A stretch of 64,000 nt of DNA from an uncultured delta proteobacterium (GCA_963737905.1 CAVTUQ010000029.1:45223-109222), one strand, 5' to 3'. Shown: positions 38,802-50,233, counted from the stretch's first letter. The notes: generated by a model not told the origin, from the sequence alone. Program-made: numbers and translations.

Positions 38802-39789
38802 ATGGAAAAATCGCTTATCTGCTTACTGGCAACTCTCTTGCTGATAACTGTTTCGTCCGTCGGAGGCGCAGCAGTTACCGACGAAAGTCGCCCGGATAGG
38901 ATTCCTATCATTGCTGTCATCCCCGTCCGCTGCCGCGGCCCGCACGGAAGCTTTCCGGCAAGGTCTGCGCGAGCTTGGTTACGTTGAGGGGAAAAACATC
39001 GTCATTGAGTCGCGATATGCAGAGGGAAAACTCGATCGCCTTCCAGCGCTCGCGGCCGAATTGGTGCGTCTCAAGGTAGACATCATCGTCACGGCCGGTG
39101 GGCAAGCAACCCGCGCCGCCAAGGAAGCAACCCCTACGATTCCTATTGTCATGACGAACGATCCCGATCCCGTTGGCTCCGGGTTCGTCGCCAGTCTCGC
39201 GCGGCCTGGTGGAAACATTACTGGCTTGTCCACGCTTGCCCCGGAGTTAAGCGGAAAACGACTGGAGCTTCTCAGAGAGGTCGTCCCTAAGCTCTCTCGC
39301 GTGGCCATCGTCGGGACTTCAACCCAACCGGGCCACGCGCAAGCGATAAAAGAGCTGGAACTCGCCGCAAAGTCGTTCAAGGTGCAGATTCAATATTTAG
39401 ATGTTTTAGAGTCCAAGGATATCGAAACTGCATTTCGAGCCGCAGCCAAGGGGCGGGCTGACGGAGTCCTCACGCTAACGAGCCCCATCCTCCGTTCTCA
39501 GCGAGCACAGCTTGCAGACCTTGCGGTAAAGAACCGGATCCCCGCGATATACAACGACATCCAGTTTGTAGAAGCCGGGGGACTTATCTTCTACGGCGTG
39601 AGCTTTCTCGACTTGGACCGCCGCGCCGCCACGTATGTCGACAGAATTTTAAAGGGCGCCAAACCTGCTGATCTCCCCGTGGAGCAACCCACCAAGTTCG
39701 AGTTCATCATCAATCTGAAAGCCGCCAAGCAGATCGGCCTGACGATTCCGCCGAATGTGCTGGCGCGAGCGGACAAGGTCATAAGATGA
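38802..39789 (+). pseudogene. ABC_sub_bind unit 2 (frameshift near 38860; possibly a sequencing error)
   Basis: Leader MEKSLICLLATLLL is out of frame with body ORF 38911-39789, which ends [14 protein letters not shown]. Confidence 0.75.
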
Positions 39790-39837
39790 CGAAGGGCCAA
39801 GCGCAGAGAGCAAAGAGCAAGAAACGGGAGAAACCTG

Positions 39838-40829
39838 ATGCGAAGAAACGATATTGTTTTTACGCTTAGCGCTATGCTCTTTGCGCTTTGCTCATCGCGC
39901 CGAAGCGCAGCAGCCGAAGAAAATCCCTGCGATCGAATACCTAACCGCTATCCCTCGTACCTCGCTCGGCGCAGCTCCCCGCATCGAGGCCTTCCGGCAG
40001 GGGTTGCGCGAGCTTGGTTACCTAGAAGGGAAAAACATTTTCATTGAGTGGCGATGGGCAGCGGGAAAACAAGATAGTCTGCCCGGACTTGCGGCCGAGC
40101 TCGTTGAGTCTCAAGGTAGACATCATCGTCTCAGGTGGTTCGACGGCAACCCAGGCCGCCAAGGATGCGACGAGCACGATTCCCATTGTCATATCGCAGG
40201 ACAACGATCCTTTGGCGAACAGGTTTGTCGCCAGTCTGGCCCGGCCCGGTGGAAACATCACCGGTCTGGCTACACTCAGATCTGAGGTGAGCGGAAAACA
40301 CATGGAGATCCTTAAGGAGATCGTTCCGAAGCTCTCCCGCATCGCCGTGTTGGGAACTTCGAACAATCCGGGCAATGCCCAAGCGCTAAAAGAAATTGAA
40401 CTCGCCGCTGATGCGCTCAATGTGCAGCTGCAAATCCTCGACGTTCTGCTTCCCAAAAACATCGAGGTTGCATTTCGCACCGCAATCAAGGGGCGTGCCG
40501 ACGGCATCCTCGCACTGGCGAGTCCCGTTTTGAATTCCCATCGAACCCAGGTTGTCGATCTCGCGGTCAAGAGCCGCCTTCCGGCGATCTATGACAGGCG
40601 AGAATTTATCGATGCCGGGGGGCTGATGACTTACGGCGTGAGCGTCGTTGATATGGACCGACGCGCTGCGGTCTTTGTCGACAAAATTTTGAAAGGCAGA
40701 ACTCCGGCCGAACTTCCGGTAGAGCAGCCAACGAAGTTTGAATTCATCGTCAATCTCAAAGCCGCGAAAGCGATCGGCTTGATGATCCCGCCGAACGTGT
40801 TGGCGCGTGCGGACAAAGTAATTCGGTGA
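39838..40829 (+). pseudogene. ABC_sub_bind unit 3 (two frameshifts)
   Basis: Homologous segments split over ORFs 39838, 39854 and 40044. Confidence 0.75.
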
Positions 40830-40889
40830 GAAGTAAAAAAATGAGACGTAAATAAAACGGAGAGCGCGGGCAAAATCGGGGGAGCGAAA

Positions 40890-41873
40890 ATGATGCGTAG
40901 ACAAATCTTTGTTTGGTTACTGACCACTTTGTTACTGGCAACTGTTTCCGCCCACGCGCAGCAGCCGGCGAAAATTCCGCGAATTGGCTTTGAGTCCGAC
41001 TCACCGGTGACGTCAATTGCCGCGCGAGTCGATGGATTCCGCCAGGGTCTGCGCGAGCTTGGTTACGTCGAGGGGAAGAACATTTTAATCGAGTGGCGCG
41101 CCGCAGAATTGAAGCCCGAGCGGCGCAGCGAGATCGCTGCCGAGCTGGTGCGTCTGAAAGTCGATCTTATCGTCTCGGCTGGGCCGACGATAACGCGCAC
41201 TCTGAGGGAAGCGACGACGACGATACCGATTATTATGGCGCAAGATACCGATCCAGTTGGCAGCGGCTTCGTTGCAAGCTTGGCGAAACCCGGAGGTAAC
41301 ATTACGGGTTTTTCCGCTCTCTCACCGGAGATGAGCGGCAAACAATTGGAACTCATGAAAGAAATCATCCCCAAAATCTCGCGTGTAGCGGTGATTGGCA
41401 ATTCGACCAATCCCGGTGACGCACAAGCACTGCGTGAGACTGTGCTAGCGGCGGGTGCATACGAAATCTATCTGCGATACCTGGAGGTCCAAGATGCCAA
41501 GGATGTCGAGCCGGTGCTGCGCTCCGCCGTCAAGGGGCGCGCCGACGCACTCATAGTGCTGGGCAATCCGATCCTCAATCGCAATCGTCAACAAGTTGTC
41601 GATCTTGCCGCCAAGCTCCGCTTACAGGCGGCGTACGCGCGACCTGAGTTTGTCGAGGCGGGTGGTCTGATGACTTACGGCACCAACTATCCCGAACTTT
41701 TCCGTCGCGCCGCTACTTATGTCGACAAAATATTAAAGGGCGCCCAGCCCGCCGATCTGCCCGTTGAACAACCGGAGAAGTTTGAGTTCATCGTCAATCT
41801 GAAAGCGGCAAAGCAGATTGGACTTACGATTGAGCCCAACGTGCTGGCGCGGGCGGATCGGGTGATTAGATGA
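40890..41873 (+). CDS. ABC_sub_bind unit 4 (intact)
   Basis: Signal peptide AHA-QQP; full motifs through [13 protein letters not shown]. Confidence 0.92.
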   Translation: MMRRQIFVWLLTTLLLATVSAHAQQPAKIPRIGFESDSPVTSIAARVDGFRQGLRELGYVEGKNILIEWRAAELKPERRSEIAAELVRLKVDLIVSAGPTITRTLREATTTIPIIMAQDTDPVGSGFVASLAKPGGNITGFSALSPEMSGKQLELMKEIIPKISRVAVIGNSTNPGDAQALRETVLAAGAYEIYLRYLEVQDAKDVEPVLRSAVKGRADALIVLGNPILNRNRQQVVDLAAKLRLQAAYARPEFVEAGGLMTYGTNYPELFRRAATYVDKILKGAQPADLPVEQPEKFEFIVNLKAAKQIGLTIEPNVLARADRVIR

Positions 41874-42001
41874 AAGCGCTACGCGTGTTCCAATGGTTTC
41901 AAACGTTCGAATGGTGTTAGTACGGATTGGACAAACGCGTTGCGAGAGCGTGAAGCGGTGAGTGGAGGCCTGTCATTGTAAAGCAAACCCGGAGGGAACC
42001 G

Positions 42002-42982
42002 ATGCCGACACATGTTTTTCTCATTGTTTTAACCTTTGTCATTGCGCTTAGTCTCCCCGCCCAGGCGCAGCAGCCGGCGAAGGTCCCGCGGATCGGATAC
42101 CTGAGTGGCGTTTCCCCTGCCGCAGAAGCCGCGCGCCGCGATGCGTTCAACCAGGGGCTGCGCGAGCTAGGCTATATCGAGGGCAAGAGCGTCGTCGTCG
42201 AATATCGCTATTAGGGGGAAAATCGGATCGCCTCGCTTCGTTGGTGGCGGAGCTGCTGCAGCTCAAGCCGGACATCATCGTCACCGGCGGCAGTCCGTCG
42301 ACGCGCGCCGCCAAGGCGGCGACCGCCACGATCCCTATTGTGATGACGAATGATCCCGATCCCGTAGCCAACGGATTAATCGCTAGCCTGGCGCGACCAG
42401 GTGGCAACATCACGGGATTATCCACTCTCGCTCCGGAGCTGAGCGGCAAAAGATTGGAGAAATTAGGAGAAGTACGTTCCCAATCTTTCTCGCGTCGCCA
42501 TCCTCGGGACCTCGACGAGCCCGGCCTACCGGCCCGTCAAGAAAGAGATCGATCTAGCCGCTAACGCTCTCAAGCTTCAGCTTGACTACCAAGACGTGTT
42601 GGATTTTAAGGATATCGAGTCTGCCTTTCGAGCCGCGGTCAAAGGGCGCGCCGACGCAGTCATGACACTCAACAGCGGGATCCTCAATTCCCAGCGAAGC
42701 CAGATCGTAAACCTCGCGGCAAAGCATCACTTTGCCACGATTTATACCCAGGCCGAATTCGTGGAAGTTGGCGGGCTGATGTTCTACGGCGTGAACCTGG
42801 TCGATCTGTCGCGCCGCGCCGCAACCTATGTCGACAAGATTCTCAAAGGCGCCAGACCTGCCGACATTCCTGTCGAGCAAGCAAAGAGGTTCGAGTTCAT
42901 CATCAATCTAAAGGCAGCGAAGCAGATCGGTCTGACGATCCCGCCCAACGTGCTGGCGAGAGCGGACAAGGTCATAAGATAG
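42002..42982 (+). pseudogene. ABC_sub_bind unit 5 (several indels)
   Basis: Segments in ORFs 42002, 42241 and 42596. Confidence 0.8.
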
Positions 42983-43029
42983 CAAAGGGCCAAGCGCAGA
43001 GAGCAAAGAGCAGAAACGGGAGAAACCTC

Positions 43030-44014
43030 ATGCGAAGAAACGATATTGTTTTTACGCTTAGCGCTATGCTCTTTGCGCTTTGCTTTTCCGCTCAGGCGCA
43101 GCAACCGACGAAAGTCGCCCGGATAGGATTCCTACTTGCTGTCTCCCCGTCTGCTGCCGCGGCCCGCACGGAGGTTTTCCGGCAAGGTCTGCGCGAGCTT
43201 GGGTACGTGGAGGCGAAAAACATCGTCATTGAATCGCGATATGCAGAGGGAAATTTCGATCGCCTCCCGGCGCTCGCGGCCGAACTGGTGCGTCTCAAGG
43301 TAGACATCATCGTCACGGCCGGCGGGCAAGCAACCCGCGTCGCCAAGGAAGCAACCCCTACGATTCCCATTGTCATGACGAACGATCCCGATCCCGTTGG
43401 CTCCGGGTTCGTCGCCAGTCTCGGGCGCCCGGGTGGAAACATTACTGGCTTGTCCACGCTTGCCCCGGAGTTAAGCGGAAAACGACTGGAGCTTCTCAGA
43501 GAGGTCGTTCCTAAGCTCTCCCGCGTTGCCATCGTCGGGACTTCAACCCAAGCGGGCCACGCGCAAGCGATAAAAGAGCTGGAACTCGCCGCAAAGGCGT
43601 TCAAGGTGCAGATTCAATATCTAGATGTTTTAAAGTCCAAGGATATCGAGACTGCATTTCGAGCCGCAGCCAAGGGGCGGGCTGACGGATTGCTCACGCT
43701 AACGAGCCCCATCCTCCGTTCTCAGCGAGCACAGCTTGCAGACCTTGCGGTGAAGAACCGGATCCCCGCGATATACAACGACATCCAATTTGTGGAAGCT
43801 GGGGGACTTATCTTCTACGGCGTGAGCTTTCGCGACTTGGACCGGCGCGCTGCAACTTACGTGGACAAGATTCTCAAAGGGCGCTAAGCCCGCCGATCTT
43901 CCGGTCGAGCAACCGACGAAATTCGAGTTCATCATCAATCTGAAAGCCGCCAAGCAGATTGGCCTGACAATCCCGCCGAATGTGCTGGCGCGGGCGGACA
44001 GAGTCATTCGGTGA
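43030..44014 (+). pseudogene. ABC_sub_bind unit 6 (single +1 frameshift at AAAGGGCGCT, ~43880)
   Basis: ORF to 43887; the conserved tail [16 protein letters not shown]...ADRVIR* continues in another frame to 44014. Confidence 0.75.
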
Positions 44015-44068
44015 GGTGTGAGCCGACAGGATGAGGGGGCTAGGAGAACGAATGATGGGTCGAAATCA

Positions 44069-44467
44069 TCACACAATACCCGACGCAATCGGCTCGAACG
44101 TCACTCTACGGGCGTGGTCGTTGAAACAAACCTCGAACTGGTTGAACACTCCGGTTCGGCCGAGAAGATTAAATCCAACACCGAGCCGCTCAGAGAAACC
44201 GATCGGCGCCGTAATTTGCGTGCCGCCGATTTGGACTGGAAGATCGTGAATAAAAGTAGGAATATAGCTCCCGTCGCCAACCACGATCATCTGATGCCTG
44301 CCCGCGCGCCAATCGATACCGATGCGTGCCGCTTCATCGACGTTCAGCATGCTAAACGTCGCCCCAGAGTCAACAAAAACCCAGAGCCTGTGGGCATGGA
44401 TGGAGATGGGTACAATGGGCATCAAATAGCCCCGGTGACGCGTGTAAGGAAATTCTATAGCAGGCAC
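44069..44467 (-). CDS. Retropepsin-like aspartyl protease
   Basis: FVDSGATFS catalytic motif and LLGR motif; 132 aa. Confidence 0.88.
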   Translation of the reverse strand: MPAIEFPYTRHRGYLMPIVPISIHAHRLWVFVDSGATFSMLNVDEAARIGIDWRAGRHQMIVVGDGSYIPTFIHDLPVQIGGTQITAPIGFSERLGVGFNLLGRTGVFNQFEVCFNDHARRVTFEPIASGIV

Positions 44468-44664
44468 GCCATGTCCTCTTCCCGCGGGACACGAAGCACG
44501 GATGGCATCTTGTTAGGTTCAATCTCACGCGCCTTGCTCTCCACTTCTTTTCCGGAATCCCCAACGGCCACCAAAGTCTCATTTACCACGGCGACATACT
44601 TTCCGGCATATTTCGTCACCAGCTCGCTGAAGTGGTCGACAATCCAAAGATCGTCTTTATCCAT
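44455..44664 (-). CDS. DUF5678-like small protein
   Basis: 69 aa; KYAGKYVAVVNETLVAVGDS; overlaps the protease start; upstream TTGACT-18-TAGAGT (44732-44703). Confidence 0.75.
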   Translation of the reverse strand: MDKDDLWIVDHFSELVTKYAGKYVAVVNETLVAVGDSGKEVESKAREIEPNKMPSVLRVPREEDMACLL

Positions 44665-44775
44665 CGTCTTTTCCCTTCTGCTCCAGACACTTTTCGACCT
44701 TAACTCTAAATTGTCTGCGGTCTGCGAGTCAACCTTATCTCGGGTCAATTGTAGCGATTTGATCGGGGTGAGTCC

Positions 44776-45768
44776 ATGAAGAGAACTATCCTGATTTTGG
44801 CATTCGGTTTTATTCTTATGATCGACTTCGTTTCCGCCGACGCGCAGCAGCCGAAGAAAGTCACCCGAATTGGGTATCTATCGTCGCAAGACCCAGCTTA
44901 TGAGTCTGCCCGTGCCGAGGGGATTCGGCTGGCACTTCGCGAGCTCGGCTACATGGAAGGACAGAACATCGCCATCGAGTATCGGTATTCGGAGGGGAAG
45001 ACCGATCGGGCTTCAGAGCTTGCGGCCGAGTTGGTGCGTCTCAACGTCGATATTATCGTGGTAGCAGGAGGGATCATATGGATCAGGGCGGCCAAGAATG
45101 CAGCCAAGTCGATTCCCGTCGTCATGGCGGGCATTGGAAACGACCCTGTCGAAGCAGGCCTGATTGAAAGCCTTGCCCGTCCAGGCGGCAACGTCACAGG
45201 TCTTACAAACCTTACGGGAAAATTGGCTGGCAAGCGGCTGGATCTCCTCAAAGAAGCTGTTCCCAAGCTTGCCCGTGTCGCGGTTCTTTACCAACCCGCC
45301 ACTCCGGCTAATGTGCTCGAGGTAAACGAGGATCTTCCAGTTGCGTCGCGTGTTCTGAAGTTGACGGTTCAGCCTTGGGAGGTACGAGCTGCGGAGGGTT
45401 TTGACGGGGTATTCGATGCGCTAAACAAGCAGCGCCCGGATGGACTCTACGTGGCGGGCAGCCCGCTCACAAATGCTAACCAAAAACGGATCGCGGGATT
45501 GGCATTAAAGAGCCGGTTACCGTCGGTGTTTGCCGAGAGAGGAGCTGTAGACGCCGGTGGGCTCATGTACTACGGGGCGGACCTCGCAGACAGCTACCGG
45601 CGCGTCGCCTATTACGTGGACAGAATCTTGAAGGGCGCCAAGCCGGCTGATTTGCCTGTTGAGCAGCCAACGAAGTTCGAGTTGGTGATTAACCTCAAGA
45701 CCGCGAAGCAGATCGGCGTAACGATTCCGCCGCAGCTGCTCGCCCGGGCGAGTAGGCTCATCAAGTGA
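44776..45768 (+). CDS. ABC_sub_bind unit 7 (intact)
   Basis: Signal peptide ADA-QQP; family motifs; variant tail IPPQLLARASRLIK. Confidence 0.92.
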   Translation: MKRTILILAFGFILMIDFVSADAQQPKKVTRIGYLSSQDPAYESARAEGIRLALRELGYMEGQNIAIEYRYSEGKTDRASELAAELVRLNVDIIVVAGGIIWIRAAKNAAKSIPVVMAGIGNDPVEAGLIESLARPGGNVTGLTNLTGKLAGKRLDLLKEAVPKLARVAVLYQPATPANVLEVNEDLPVASRVLKLTVQPWEVRAAEGFDGVFDALNKQRPDGLYVAGSPLTNANQKRIAGLALKSRLPSVFAERGAVDAGGLMYYGADLADSYRRVAYYVDRILKGAKPADLPVEQPTKFELVINLKTAKQIGVTIPPQLLARASRLIK

Positions 45769-46786
45769 GAAGGGGTGACAAAGTGGATCGAGGCATAGAA
45801 AAATACACGAAGAAAAAAGTCACGGTCGTTATTCTTTGCGCCATGCTCTTTGCGCTTTGCCCGCCCGCCGAGGCGCAGCAGCCGAAGAAAATCCCACGGA
45901 TAGGTTACTTGGGTGCCTTCACCCCTTCCGCTGGCGCCTCCCTCCTTGAAGCTTTCCGCCAAGGGCTGCGCGAGCTTGGCTACGTGGAGGGCCGGAAGAC
46001 TTCATTGATTACCGCTGGGCGGAGGGAACGCCCGATCGGTTCCCAGCCCTTGCCGACGAGCTGATCAATCTCAGGGTAGACGTGATCGTTACACAGAGCA
46101 ACGCAGCGGTGGCAGCTCTTCAGCAGGCGACCCGAACCGTACCCATCGTCGTGGCGGGTATGGGCGATCCTGTTGAGAGCGGCTTCGTCGGCAGCCTCGC
46201 GCGGCCGGCCGGGAACATTACCGGCTTCTCAAATCAAGCCGAAGAGGTCGCAGGCAAATGGGTGGAGCTACTCAGGGAGGCCGTGCCCAAGATTCCCGCA
46301 TCGCCGTCCTCGCAGTTTCCCAGACCTCGTCCCACCGCACCTATTGGGCACAGATCCAAGCGACGGCCCAAGCGTTGAAGGTGACTCCCCAGCGCCAAGA
46401 GGTGGTGGGACCGGACGAGATCGAGCACGCCTTCGCGAACCTCACCAAGGGCCATCCCCAGGGGCTCATCGTACTGCCGCATGCTGTCACCATCGAACGT
46501 CGAACGCAGATCGTGGACCTGTCAGCAAAGAACCGGCTGCCGGGGATGTACCCCTTTAGCTTGTTGTGGAGTCCGGTGGCCTCATGTCCTACGGGACGAA
46601 CTTGGCTGACCTGCACCGGCGGGCCGCCACCTACGTGGGCAAGATTTTGAAAGGCGCGAAACCCGCAGACCTTCCGGTCGAGCGGCCAATAAGTTCGATT
46701 TCATCATTAATCTGAAAGCGGCCAAGCAGATCGGTCTCACGATCCCACCAAATGTACTGGCCAGAGCTGACAAAGTAATTCGATGA
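45765..46786 (+). pseudogene. ABC_sub_bind unit 8 (multiple indels; ACG at the probable start)
   Basis: Segments in ORFs 45765, 46082 and 46258; tail [26 protein letters not shown] ends at 46786. Confidence 0.8.
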
Positions 46787-47805
46787 AACATCGCAAAGCG
46801 CCTGCGGAGAAACGCCGGAGAAGTCATGGGAGAAAAGTCTTCATTGGCTTAACGCTCGGCGCCTTGCTTTTTGTCTTATGCCCATGCGCCCATGCGCAAC
46901 AGCAAGCCAGGATACCTAAGATCGGCTGGCTCTCAGCCCGCCGCGCTTCAAACACTGGCCAAGAAATTATCGTCCGTATGCTGCGTGACCTCGGCTACGT
47001 TGAAGGCAAGAACGTAGTTTTCGAGTATCGATTCGCGGATGATAAGCTCGACCGGCTTCCCGCCCTTGCCGATGAGTTGGTCCGCCTCAAGGTCGATGTT
47101 CTCCTCACGCCCGGAACTCCCGGCGCCCTAGCTCTAAAAAAAGCTACCCGGACTATCCCCATCGTTTTTTTAGACGCCACGGACCCCGTTGCGGCTGGAC
47201 TGGTTGATAGCTTAGCTCGACCCGGGGGAAACATCACGGGGTTCAGCAGCATCGAGGCAATGTTGGCTGGCAAACGTCTCGAGTTACTCAAGGAAACCGT
47301 TTCGAAAATTTCTCGGGTTGCGGTCCTGTGGGATCCTCGGAATCCAGCCTCTATACAGGAATGGAAAGAGAGCCAACTCGCGGCCCGGGAACTCGGCCTG
47401 CAACTTCATTCTATGGAAGTAAGCAGCGCCGACAAATACCAGGACGCGTTCAAAGAGGCCATCAGGGCGCGTAGCGGCGCTCTTGCCGTGTTGTCGACCC
47501 CATTGGCCTCTTCCAATCAAGACCAGCTCGCGGAGCTGGCGGCGAGAAATCGGTTGCCGGCGATTTACGTCCAGGGAAGTTTTATTATCGATGGAGGTTT
47601 GATGTCCTATGGACCCGACCGCACCGAACGCTACAGGCGCATAGCGGTTTTTGTCGACAAAATTCTCAAAGGTACAAAACCAGCCGATCTCCCGGTGGAG
47701 CAGCCGAACAAGTTCGAGTTCATCATAAATCTCAAAGCCGCAAAGCAGATCGGATTAACAATACCACCGAATGTATTAGCCAGAGCTGACAAAGTAATCC
47801 GATGA
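46783..47805 (+). CDS. ABC_sub_bind unit 9 (open frame; exact start uncertain)
   Basis: AHA-QQQ, GYVEGKN, SLARPGGNITG, conserved tail. Confidence 0.88.
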   Translation: MKHRKAPAEKRRRSHGRKVFIGLTLGALLFVLCPCAHAQQQARIPKIGWLSARRASNTGQEIIVRMLRDLGYVEGKNVVFEYRFADDKLDRLPALADELVRLKVDVLLTPGTPGALALKKATRTIPIVFLDATDPVAAGLVDSLARPGGNITGFSSIEAMLAGKRLELLKETVSKISRVAVLWDPRNPASIQEWKESQLAARELGLQLHSMEVSSADKYQDAFKEAIRARSGALAVLSTPLASSNQDQLAELAARNRLPAIYVQGSFIIDGGLMSYGPDRTERYRRIAVFVDKILKGTKPADLPVEQPNKFEFIINLKAAKQIGLTIPPNVLARADKVIR

Positions 47806-47894
47806 TCGAACAATCTAAAATCCAAAATCGAAAATCTAAAATAGTAGGGATTCCGCCGAACGTGTTGGCGAGGGCGGATCGGGTCATAAGATGA
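47806..47894 (+). repeat. 'Empty' unit: AAAATC heptamer leader joined to a duplicate 3' tail ([15 protein letters not shown])
   Basis: tcgaacaatctaaaatccaaaatcgaaaatctaaaatagtagggattccgccgaacgtgttggcgagggcggatcgggtcataagatga. Confidence 0.8.
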
Positions 47895-47940
47895 AAGTTA
47901 CGATTTTCATTGTCGATTTTAGAGTGAGGGAGACAAAAAC

Positions 47941-48987
47941 ATGACTAAGAAAACTCGAGCGACGATCCGATGGGTTCCATCCGACAATCGGAAATCTAAA
48001 ATCGAAATCGAAAATGGTGGGGATCCTAGGCATCTTTTTCACTGTGTGCTTGTTAGCGCGGGGGTTCAAGCGCAGCAGCCAACCAAAGTGCCCCGGATAG
48101 GATATCTAAGTGGGGCCTCCTCTTCCACAATCGCGGCTCGCATCGAGGCATTCCGGCAAGGGCTGCGCGAGCTTGGTTATATAGAAGGGAAAAACATTAT
48201 CATCGAATGTCGATATGCAGAGGGAAAAGCTCGATCGCCTTCCGGCGCTCGCGGCCGAGCTAGTGCGTCTCAAAGTGGACGTGCATCTGTCTGCCGGGGC
48301 AGCGGTCACCGGTCCTGCTAAGGAACGCCACGGAGACAATCCCTATTGTCATGGCTCAGGATACCGATCCTGTCGGAAACGGGTTCGTCGCCAGCCTTGC
48401 GCGACCTGGCGGAAACATTACCGGACTCTCCTCCTATTCACCGGAGATAAACGGAAAACGAGTAGAGCTTCTTAAGGAGATCGTACCTAAGCTTTCCCGC
48501 TTAGCCGTGCTCGGGCAGTCAACCTATCCAGGCAACTCCCAAGCGTTAAAAGAAACGGAACTCGCCGCAGAAGCGCTGAAGTTACAGCTCCAATACCTAG
48601 ACGTGTAAGATCCAAGGACATCGAGACGGCGTTTCGAGCAGCAAGCAAGACGCGTGCCGGCGGAGTCCTCGTGCTGCAGAACAATGTCCTCAATTCTCAG
48701 CGAAAACAAACTGTTGATCTCGCGATAAAGAACCGACTTCCGACGATCTACCACGTTCCAGAATTTTTGGAAGCGGAGGGCTGATAAGTTACGCGGCGAG
48801 CATCAACGACTTGTACCGGCGCTCCGCCACATACGTGGACAAGATTTTGAAAGGCGCCAAGCCTGCCGACCTCCCGGTGGAGCAGCCGATCAAGTTCGAG
48901 TTCGTCATCAATCTGAAAGCGGCCAAGCAGATTGGATTAACCATTCCACCCAACGTTTTGGCTAGAGCAGACAAAGTCATAAGATGA
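47941..48987 (+). pseudogene. ABC_sub_bind unit 10 (multiple indels); leader contains the AAAATC heptamer repeat
   Basis: Segments in ORFs 47941, 48215 and 48351; tail ends at 48987. Confidence 0.8.
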
Positions 48988-49103
48988 CGGTGAGTAGTGA
49001 GCAGAAAGCGGTGAGCAGCGGAAAACGCGGAAGGCAACCCACAAGTAAGAACGTCTTTTTTACTGGGACTTCAGGCATTCCTGTGAAGTCGGACTCGGAG
49101 ATT

Positions 49104-49190
49104 GCACCGCGAAGGCGCGGAGGACGCGGAGTAAAGAGTTCTTGATTAAAAAATTCTCCGATCTCTGCGAACTCGGCGCCTCTGTGGTGA
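49104..49190. repeat. CACCGCGAAGGCGCGGAGGACGCGGAG ... CTCTGCG..CTCTGTGGTG inverted 9-bp-period repeat
   Basis: Direct reading of the two arms. Confidence 0.7.
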
Positions 49191-49240
49191 ATACTTTTTC
49201 ACAGAAAACCCGGAACAACCTTTTTACTAAGGAGGATCCT

Positions 49241-50233
49241 ATGAAGGCAATGATTTTGGCAATGAGCCTGGTTACCTCGATTTCTTTTTGCACCGCCGTC
49301 TCGGCTCAGCTCACTAAAGTGATCATCGGCAACAACACGCTCAGCACCAACGGTCTTCCCGCGTGGATGGCCAAGGAAGCCGGGATATTTCGCAATAACG
49401 GCCTCGATGTCCAGATCGTCTATTTCCGAGGAGGAACTATTACGGCCATGGCTTTGATCGCCCGCGAGACTCCGATCAGCCAGGTTTCCGGGCCGCCGAT
49501 CGTGAGCGCTGCTCTCAAGGGAGCCGACGCGGTCATGGTTGCAGCCGGCAACGTGGTCTCAGAGTATTGGCTCATGAGCAAGCCCGAGCTCAAGACCGGC
49601 GCGCAGCTCAAGGGAGGCTCGGTTGCCATCGCTACCTTCGGTGGCTTGTCCGATTCTCTCTCTCGGGTTGCGCTTCAGAAGCTTGGATTGAATCCTGTGA
49701 AGGATGTCACCCTCGTGCAGATCGGAACGATCCCGGAGCGCTTGAGCGCGTTAGAGTCGGGAAAGGTTCAGGCCGCGATGCTCAACGCACCCGACAACTT
49801 CCGGGCCCAGAAAAGAGGGCTGTATAAATTAATTGAGGTGCGCCTTCCTTACCAGGGCATCGGGGTGGGAACGACGCGCACATTCATCAGGGAAAATCCC
49901 GACGTTGTCCGGCGCTATGTCAAATCTCAGGTCGAAGCCGTTCACCGCCTCAAGACCGACCGGGAAGGAGGAATCAAGGTATTGGGGAAATATCTCAACA
50001 TACCGGACCGAGAGGTCCTGGAAAGAGCCTACGATGACGCAATTACTGATGAGAAATTTCCCCCAAAACAGTACCCGAGCCTGGAGGGAATCAAAAAGAT
50101 TCTCGAACCGCTGGCGGAGACGGACCCAAAAGCAAAAGCCGCGAAACCCGAGGACTTTGTCGATATGCGCTTCATTAAGGAACTGGACGACAGCGGTTTC
50201 ATCGACGAGCTTTACAAGGGCAGGAAACGTTAG
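49241..50233 (+). CDS. NitT/TauT-type solute-binding protein
   Basis: RBS AAGGAGG; signal peptide; WMAKEAGIFRNNGLDV, PEDFVDMRFIKELDDSGFI. Confidence 0.9.
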   Translation: MKAMILAMSLVTSISFCTAVSAQLTKVIIGNNTLSTNGLPAWMAKEAGIFRNNGLDVQIVYFRGGTITAMALIARETPISQVSGPPIVSAALKGADAVMVAAGNVVSEYWLMSKPELKTGAQLKGGSVAIATFGGLSDSLSRVALQKLGLNPVKDVTLVQIGTIPERLSALESGKVQAAMLNAPDNFRAQKRGLYKLIEVRLPYQGIGVGTTRTFIRENPDVVRRYVKSQVEAVHRLKTDREGGIKVLGKYLNIPDREVLERAYDDAITDEKFPPKQYPSLEGIKKILEPLAETDPKAKAAKPEDFVDMRFIKELDDSGFIDELYKGRKR

